Positions 32,084 to 37,702 of a DNA stretch of 37,702 nucleotides are shown here, piece by piece. Numbering within the stretch: position 1 is the first letter of the stretch; the number at the start of each line of letters is the position of its first letter. This DNA is from a virus: positions 1 to 37,702 of IMG/VR virus record IMGVR_UViG_3300012931_000011; one strand, written 5' to 3'. The notes under the pieces are model-generated. The model was not told where the DNA came from. It worked only from the letters and a program-made list of their open reading frames with translations, and did no database searches. A program made the position numbers and the translations under genes.

Positions 32084-32257
32084 CTATTTTTCAGGACTTT
32101 TGGGAGTAAGATCTATATCGTGTCCTGTTTCATTTTTTATTACTTGTTCAGCAGCTTCTTCAACTTGGTTATCATCGCCCATTTTAAATATGTAAGTTGA
32201 TGATAATCCTATAGCAGCAGCTAGTGCTGCAACAGCGACTTGTACCCATGTAAGCAT
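32084..32257 (-). CDS. 57-aa single-TM protein (holin-like candidate), not in the ORF track
   Basis: My translation: MLTWVQVAVAALAAAIGLSSTYIFKMGDDNQVEEAAEQVIKNETGHDIDLTPKSPEK. Strong SD aAAGGAGtacgtatATG. Confidence 0.55.
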   Translation of the reverse strand: MLTWVQVAVAALAAAIGLSSTYIFKMGDDNQVEEAAEQVIKNETGHDIDLTPKSPEK

Positions 32258-32269
32258 ATACGTACTCCT

Positions 32270-33160
32270 TTATAATGGTTTTAATAAACAACCTGTTATA
32301 TAACTCGTTATGAATCCATCTTGTGGACCATTTATTTTTAAGAATGACCACCATGTAGAAGGTGAATCAAAAAATGGACCATATACTATTCCAAAACGTA
32401 CATTAGTATTCTGATCAGCTTCAAAAATACACACAGCATCCATAGAATATTGGATATTCTGATAGCTATTTATAGAGCTAGGTCTATATGCAAAATCAAC
32501 TACTTCTGTTGTAGATTGGCCGCTTGGAAAAATCGTTTCAAGTCTACATGTCTGATTGTAGTATACTGAAGGATCACTAGGCAACCCATGTATAGGGAAC
32601 GGTAACGCTGAAAGTACTTCTAGATGTACACAAAAGAAATATATACCATGCACAGCGGTAACATAATATGAATTTATCATGTCCCAACAATGGAATGGAT
32701 CATAATATATATTTGTTGCTTCTAGATACGTAGTCCCTCGAATATCAGTATCTTCACCATCACAGCCAACAAGAACCCCATAATTTGTTCCAACAGCATC
32801 TTGCCAGGTAGGTAATTGATTAGGGCCATTTGATGTTAAAAATTGTTCTAGAGTACCGGTATTTACCACATTCTGTAACGAAGAAACTTGCGTAGTCCCG
32901 CCGCATAAAACAGTATAAATAGGCGCTAATTCTGTCATTCCAGTTCCACCACCAGGTACTGTCGCAGGTCCAAAAGCTGGATTATGATTTATCCCTAACG
33001 AAATTAATGGTGCTCCAGCAGTATGCGAAGGAGCTATAAGTGAAACTGCTCCTATATCATTACCAACTAAGACATTATGGTTCGTTAATGAAACTTGTCC
33101 TGTTCCTCCACGTTCAACTTGGGCTGGATTTTGTGAGTTCCATGCGTTATTTGTTGCCAT
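32270..33160 (-). CDS. Fibre/receptor-binding protein with C1q/TNF-like C-terminal head (trio member A)
   Basis: N-terminus MATNNAWNSQNPAQVERGGTG.... C-terminus ...DTDIRGT..YYDPFHCWDMINSYYVTAVHGIYFFCVHLEV...TNVRFGIV. TAATG coupling. Confidence 0.7.
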   Translation of the reverse strand: MATNNAWNSQNPAQVERGGTGQVSLTNHNVLVGNDIGAVSLIAPSHTAGAPLISLGINHNPAFGPATVPGGGTGMTELAPIYTVLCGGTTQVSSLQNVVNTGTLEQFLTSNGPNQLPTWQDAVGTNYGVLVGCDGEDTDIRGTTYLEATNIYYDPFHCWDMINSYYVTAVHGIYFFCVHLEVLSALPFPIHGLPSDPSVYYNQTCRLETIFPSGQSTTEVVDFAYRPSSINSYQNIQYSMDAVCIFEADQNTNVRFGIVYGPFFDSPSTWWSFLKINGPQDGFITSYITGCLLKPL

Positions 33161-33984
33161 TATGTTCCAATCATTATAAAGCCTGATAGAAAGCTCGACA
33201 TAGGTGAAACTGTATCCAATAACCCTGCATTCAGCCCACCGAATCCTGAAACCATAAGCGAAGGGTAAACAATATCACCCGTATTCAATATAAAAGTGCA
33301 GTTACATACTAATGTATAACCACTCGTAGCTGGTGGAATCACAACATCTTGCAAATATCCTCTATATCCTGAAGAAGGGCCGTTTAGACGCGCCTGGAAC
33401 ACACAGTCTGCTGTACTTGCTATATTTAACGATAAAGTTACCTGTAACGAAAAATAAAATAATCCGTTACGTGGCGCTACAAATTGAGAATTAACAGTGT
33501 CCCAGACAGTATTATCATTACACGTTGTAGATTGGAATATAATATGATAATCAGTACCATTACCGGTTACTGTTTCTTGGCCACCAGCGACATTATTATA
33601 AGCAAAAAAAGAAAATTGCCCGAAAGAATTATCAGTCCAACTAGGGTAAGAACCTGGCCCATTTGAAGTTAATATTTGTCCTGCTACCCCAGGCCCTACA
33701 TCATGAACAGCACCATGGGCAGTTGTCCCTGAACATATAGGACTAAAAGGCGTATAGGTAGTTGTTCCAGTTCCGCCACCCTGTACTTGCATAGTTCCAA
33801 AAACAGGATCATTCAGTAACCCTTGGCTTACTAATGGTATCCCAGCAGCGCCAGGTGCTACAAAACCAGCAGGGTTTACTCCCTGGCCTACAATGACATT
33901 ATGATTAGCTAATGTAGTATTACCAGTACCACCTTTAGCTACTTGAGCTGGATTTTGGCTGTTCCATGCATTATTTGTTGCCAT
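33160..33984 (-). CDS. Fibre/receptor-binding protein with C1q/TNF-like C-terminal head (trio member B)
   Basis: MATNNAWNSQNPAQVAKGGTG...GQILTSNGPGSYPSW... then FSFFAY..VTGNGTDYHIIFQ...NSQFVAPRNGLFYFSLQV...LNTGDIVY. F.AP..G.Y.F is the C1q signature. Confidence 0.75.
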   Translation of the reverse strand: MATNNAWNSQNPAQVAKGGTGNTTLANHNVIVGQGVNPAGFVAPGAAGIPLVSQGLLNDPVFGTMQVQGGGTGTTTYTPFSPICSGTTAHGAVHDVGPGVAGQILTSNGPGSYPSWTDNSFGQFSFFAYNNVAGGQETVTGNGTDYHIIFQSTTCNDNTVWDTVNSQFVAPRNGLFYFSLQVTLSLNIASTADCVFQARLNGPSSGYRGYLQDVVIPPATSGYTLVCNCTFILNTGDIVYPSLMVSGFGGLNAGLLDTVSPMSSFLSGFIMIGT

Positions 33985-33993
33985 CTTATCCTC

Positions 33994-34842
33994 CTAGAAC
34001 CGTGATATTAAACAGCCATTTATATAGCTTGAATAAGCGTCGCCCATTACAACTTTACCCCCGAATCCATCAGCCATAAAAGAGAAATAAATAATATCAT
34101 TAGCATTAGCTTTGACAATTGCATTTATAAGCAACGCTCTGCTTGTATCAGTTTCATAAGTACTTTGTGGTATAGGATATTGGTCGTATGAATACAACGT
34201 CTGAACACCATGCAACCTCAATTGATATTGCACATTAGAAGGATCTGGAGTTCCTAGAGCCGCTCCTGAAAAATAAACTTTAACAGAGAACCAGAAAAGA
34301 CCGTTAACAGGTGCTTTCCATTGGCTATTTGTTAAATCCCATACATTACCATAATTTGACCAAACGAATGCAGGATCAGTTTGTGTTAACCGCACATCAG
34401 TACCATCACCTGTAGCATTTGCTGCTAATACAGCAGTCACTCTAAACAAATAGTTCCCACGTCCTTCAGCAGTACCAGCACTACCTAGATCTTGCCATGA
34501 AGGCCAAGTTGTTCCGTTTGAGGTAAGTACTTGCCCTGCTATCCCTGTAGTATCTATACAATGGAGCTTTGCTGTAGCAGTATCGCCAGAACAAAGAACA
34601 GAATAAGGTACTGTAATTTGTAATCCAGTTCCGCCACCAACAACTTCTGCTGTATCAAAACTTGGATCAACAGCAGCACCATTACTTACTAACGGTACAC
34701 CATGCACTAATGTAGGTTGTGCAAAGCTCACAGGATTTGCTCCCTGACCTACGATAACATGATAAGCTGTGAGATTATTCTGCCCAGTTCCGCCACGTGC
34801 AACCTGAGCTGGATTTTGGCTGTTCCATGCGTTATTTGTCAT
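33994..34842 (-). CDS. Fibre/receptor-binding protein with C1q/TNF-like C-terminal head (trio member C)
   Basis: MTNNAWNSQNPAQVARGGTG...GQVLTSNGTTWPSW... then ATGDGTDVRL...NSQWKAPVNGLFWFSVKV...ANANDIIY. Confidence 0.75.
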   Translation of the reverse strand: MTNNAWNSQNPAQVARGGTGQNNLTAYHVIVGQGANPVSFAQPTLVHGVPLVSNGAAVDPSFDTAEVVGGGTGLQITVPYSVLCSGDTATAKLHCIDTTGIAGQVLTSNGTTWPSWQDLGSAGTAEGRGNYLFRVTAVLAANATGDGTDVRLTQTDPAFVWSNYGNVWDLTNSQWKAPVNGLFWFSVKVYFSGAALGTPDPSNVQYQLRLHGVQTLYSYDQYPIPQSTYETDTSRALLINAIVKANANDIIYFSFMADGFGGKVVMGDAYSSYINGCLISRF

Positions 34843-34843
34843 A

Positions 34844-36190
34844 TTAAGCCACCGTTATATTACCTATTGAATAATCAACAAAAAAGCTTGTATTAGCTAC
34901 CATACATACTATATGGACTACATCATGAGTACTTGTTGATTCAAGATAACCACCAAGTCCTGTTGTTGTCTGTTGGTCCCCAAAATATATGGTCTGTCCT
35001 GCATTATGGTTAATACGCCACCCATAATTATTATTCATCCCTGTGACAGCAAAGACATCGCCAACAGCAGCTGTTATAGGCAATGTGAACACAGTCTGTA
35101 CAGCATTATTAGCTATATAACCGTTCATAGTTACTAAAGCTACTGCTGCTGATGTAGTCTGTTGCCAAGCGAATCCAACAGGAACAGGACCTACGTAAGA
35201 TACAGTAACTGTATGCGATGTAGCATCACCTTCAGTATGTATATAGGTACCATCGCCAATAACATTCCAGTTCCCGTTACTATCAGCTGGTACTACAACA
35301 GCATCACCGGTAGTTATAGTCTGCCCTAATGTTCCAGGACCTGTACCATTAACAGATAATTTCAGTGTATTACCACCGCCTGAAATAAAAGATAAAGCTG
35401 GTAAATTAGTATCAGTTACAAGATTGAGGTTGCCGGTTATATCAGAAGCTACAGGTATAGTGTCATCACCTGTTAATGTCTCTATATAACCGTTACCACT
35501 TGCTGAAGTGAGGACAAGAGTAGAAACGGGTGCAGCATTCTCAACAACAGTAAGACCAGGGATAGTTGAGATTATCCCTATATCGCCGTTTGTTGGAGTT
35601 ACTTGTATAGAGTTGCTACCAGATAAAGTTTGTAGAACAGAACCAGGTCCTGTCCCGGTAAAATCAAAGTCTAATGTATATGGTGCAGCCCCTGTAGAAG
35701 TAAACTTAAACGCAGCTATCTTAGAATTTATTTTGATGATATTTGTTGCAGGATCAGATGAAACTGCTGCTGAACCGTCACTACCTTGTAGCTTAGTTAT
35801 CAGATTTCCGCCACCGGCTGCTGTTAATGTTAAAGTGTGTGCAGTACTATTGCCTTGAACATCTAATCCGCCAATAGAACTAAATAAATTTATATTATCA
35901 TTAGTATCGCCAGATACAGGGTTAGTACCTGTTGTACCTGTTAGTGTCTGTACGCCTACACCACCATTACCGTGGATCCATGTTGCCTTAGCACCTTTAG
36001 AAGTAGTTGTTCCCTGCAACGAAACAAGAGCCCATAAGGTTAGCGTAGCAGTATTTATCCAGATATCACCAATCGAATAGTTAATATCATATTGATCAGG
36101 ATCACGCGTAGCATACACCATGTTTGGTGGCTGATTAGCATTTGTTCCTAGATATGCAGTACCTTGTTTACCGCCTAATCTGTTGCTCAT
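34844..36190 (-). CDS. Tail fibre protein with five tandem internal modules of about 45 aa
   Basis: Modules begin QTLTGTTG, TKLQGSDG, QTLSGSNS, ETLTGDDT and QTITTGDA. N-terminus RDPDQYD..IGDIWIN. The C-terminal domain resembles the 372..842 family (LPITAAVGDVFAVTG...). Confidence 0.75.
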   Translation of the reverse strand: MSNRLGGKQGTAYLGTNANQPPNMVYATRDPDQYDINYSIGDIWINTATLTLWALVSLQGTTTSKGAKATWIHGNGGVGVQTLTGTTGTNPVSGDTNDNINLFSSIGGLDVQGNSTAHTLTLTAAGGGNLITKLQGSDGSAAVSSDPATNIIKINSKIAAFKFTSTGAAPYTLDFDFTGTGPGSVLQTLSGSNSIQVTPTNGDIGIISTIPGLTVVENAAPVSTLVLTSASGNGYIETLTGDDTIPVASDITGNLNLVTDTNLPALSFISGGGNTLKLSVNGTGPGTLGQTITTGDAVVVPADSNGNWNVIGDGTYIHTEGDATSHTVTVSYVGPVPVGFAWQQTTSAAVALVTMNGYIANNAVQTVFTLPITAAVGDVFAVTGMNNNYGWRINHNAGQTIYFGDQQTTTGLGGYLESTSTHDVVHIVCMVANTSFFVDYSIGNITVA

Positions 36191-36483
36191 ATTACTATCT
36201 CTTCATCTCGCTGTTTACGTGATTTATAGTTCGCTTGACTGAATACTAACGTAGCATATTCATCAGGATCTGTAGGTATAGTAGTAACCCCATTCTCAAT
36301 AAGTTTAGAGTCCCATTCTTGTTTTAATCTGGTGAAACTTTGATCATATTTTTGTGTTATGACCCATTCTAGTCTACGGTCCATATCATCAGAAAAAATA
36401 TCTTCATTGATATCATTTTTAATTACATTTTCACGCACTGTTGACAGTGTGAATATCTCTGTATCATTTACTGAAACTTTCAT
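36187..36483 (-). CDS. Hypothetical protein (98 aa), possible fibre assembly factor
   Basis: ATGA overlap with the fibre gene. Acidic. Assignment is by position only. Confidence 0.5.
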   Translation of the reverse strand: MKVSVNDTEIFTLSTVRENVIKNDINEDIFSDDMDRRLEWVITQKYDQSFTRLKQEWDSKLIENGVTTIPTDPDEYATLVFSQANYKSRKQRDEEIVI

Positions 36484-36493
36484 ATTTCTCCTT

Positions 36494-37441
36494 TTAAGCT
36501 ACGAGCCACCCACCGAACCACGATCGTGGATCAGTTGAACCACCACCATTCAAATCTACTATTTTTGTACCACCATCAACCTGAATTACCACATACGCTG
36601 TATCACTAGCATCCATATCAACAAAGAACGATGCAGTTGTAGAATATTGGCTTGTAGATACTACTTGAACATAAGGGTTACATTGATGCGTAAGATAGGT
36701 TCTATTAGAAGTAACAAGCGATATATACATAGAAGTATGCGATGAGCCTATATCTATTAACATGATACCTACATCAAAATGATATAGCCCAGTAACAGGT
36801 GCTGTAAATGTAGTTGAACTGAAATTGCTCCCTCTATCAAAGACTTCGCTGTTCCATACGCATGTATACGCAGTACCATCACCAGTCACATCAGCAACAG
36901 CAGAAGTACGGATAGCTAGAAAAGAAGGTTGTAATGGTTTAGTCACAGGACCGGTAGAATCAAAATTTATTAAAGTCCCTGTAGCACTTTGCACATAAGA
37001 ACTACCAGTTCCACAAAAAATATGTGTATATGAAGCGCCTGTTTTTGAACCTAAATTAAGAGACTTTGCAGCAAGACCACTTGCTATGTAAACAAGAGTT
37101 GCTGAATTATCGCTTGATATTTCGACTTGACCTGTCCCAGAGTTAAATTTTAATGTACCGCCAGCTGTTGTTATTGAGGCTGGACCAGTGGCAGTAGCGT
37201 TTATTCCTCCAGCTCCAGCAATTATATTTGTTGTTGAACTTGTATAAGATGTACCAAAAGTACATGTTCTAGGAGCATTACCAGTACCTACATTAACAGT
37301 TGCAGCATTTGCATCTGTACTCAAATTTATATCACCATTATTAGCAGTGATACCAGCAAATGACATGGTAGTAGCATTAGCACCAGTTGATGTGAAACTA
37401 GCGCCAGTTGTACCTCCAGAAATAGTATTTCTATATGCCAT
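36494..37441 (-). CDS. Fibre protein with Gly/Thr/Ser-rich shaft and C1q/TNF-like head
   Basis: ...SFLAIRTSAVADVTGDGTAYTCVWNSEVFDRGSNFSSTTFTAPVTGLYHFDVGI...DASDTAYVVIQV. Confidence 0.75.
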   Translation of the reverse strand: MAYRNTISGGTTGASFTSTGANATTMSFAGITANNGDINLSTDANAATVNVGTGNAPRTCTFGTSYTSSTTNIIAGAGGINATATGPASITTAGGTLKFNSGTGQVEISSDNSATLVYIASGLAAKSLNLGSKTGASYTHIFCGTGSSYVQSATGTLINFDSTGPVTKPLQPSFLAIRTSAVADVTGDGTAYTCVWNSEVFDRGSNFSSTTFTAPVTGLYHFDVGIMLIDIGSSHTSMYISLVTSNRTYLTHQCNPYVQVVSTSQYSTTASFFVDMDASDTAYVVIQVDGGTKIVDLNGGGSTDPRSWFGGWLVA

Positions 37442-37449
37442 AATGCACC

Positions 37450-37702
37450 TTAATAAATTTCGTAAGAAGTACCATTAAAGATAAGGTTAATACTTTGATA
37501 ATTGGTATTTACGGTATAGCTTGTAGCGCCATCGATAGTGACTGAACCACCTACAGTAGTGACTGTTATATTATGAGTAGCAGAACTACCAGCTGCATCT
37601 TTTATAGTGAATATCCTGCTTGTTGTAGGTGCATTAGGAAGGTTGATGGTTACAGCTATTGAACTTGTATCTACACCAAGAAATTGATCACCAGCAGCGA
37701 CA
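37450..37702 (-). CDS. C-terminal part of the wrap-around fibre-like gene (same gene as 1..362)
   Basis: My translation: ...ATHNITVTTVGGSVTIDGATSYTVNTNYQSINLIFNGTSYEIY, with the stop at 37450-37452. Confidence 0.7.
   Translation of the reverse strand, partial: VAAGDQFLGVDTSSIAVTINLPNAPTTSRIFTIKDAAGSSATHNITVTTVGGSVTIDGATSYTVNTNYQSINLIFNGTSYEIY
37580..37702. repeat. Second copy of the 123-bp terminal overlap
   Basis: Identical to 1-123. Confidence 0.95.

Noticed and set aside
2013-35858. Antisense or alternative-frame ORFs within long genes: 2013..2252, 2564..2782, 2874..3074, 6103..6351, 8938..9135, 9806..10009, 10011..10256, 10400..10642, 10524..10718, 14170..14370, 15037..15336, 15866..16168, 16725..17000, 16984..17235, 17322..17540, 18209..18391, 18868..19071, 19972..20313, 21643..22041, 24211..24417, 25236..25421, 26913..27098, 28808..29002, 29238..29420, 33484..33666, 35508..35858
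   Set aside because: Each lies wholly or largely inside a longer ORF that has an SD site, operon packing or recognisable motifs. Their compositions (Cys/Ser/Leu/Ile-rich) are typical of mirror frames.
32270-37441. Diversity-generating retroelement acting on the fibre heads
   Set aside because: There is no reverse transcriptase gene, and no template/variable repeat pair with adenine-specific differences. The similarity among paralogues is N-terminal, not C-terminal.

Overview
The window is one complete tailed-phage genome. Bases 1-123 repeat exactly at 37580-37702, so the unique sequence is 37,579 bp, either circularly closed or terminally redundant. It is AT-rich and uses strong AAGGAG-type Shine-Dalgarno sites. 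Its content is podovirus-like: I saw no tape measure, sheath, integrase, DNA polymerase or RNA polymerase.

Layout:
- Minus strand 29922->24260: Cro-like HTH, ERF, SSB, initiator-like protein, RusA, TerS-like protein, M15 endolysin, TerL.
- 24259->19200: accessory island with two tRNA-Asn, a DIP1984-like gene, an SPFH/prohibitin operon and three secreted or membrane proteins.
- 18908->3229: portal, small basic proteins, scaffold, major capsid and head/tail structural genes.
- 2704->1 continuing 37702->32084: a roughly 9 kb fibre/receptor-binding module with four C1q/TNF-like heads and several paralogue pairs.
- Plus strand 30074->31871: a divergent early operon with a second ERF paralogue.

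The main finding is that the major capsid gene (11333..14364, minus) is split into four exons by three related group I-like introns. Each intron has a readable P1 helix ending in a G.U wobble and a terminal G. My inferred splice junctions restore a 948-nt (315-aa) reading frame. One exon is only 22 nt. Intron 1 carries a sense LAGLIDADG gene. Intron 3 carries an antisense LAGLIDADG gene with its own promoter and SD. Intron 2 carries non-endonuclease cargo.

Other points of interest:
- a plus-strand RHH + membrane-peptide cassette with a palindromic operator inside the late operon
- a structured capsid mRNA leader with duplicated hairpins
- a shared GACATTTTGTC operator-like motif
- C7/C8 homopolymer tracts in the initiator-like gene

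All family assignments come from motif recognition by eye and need HMM or structure confirmation.
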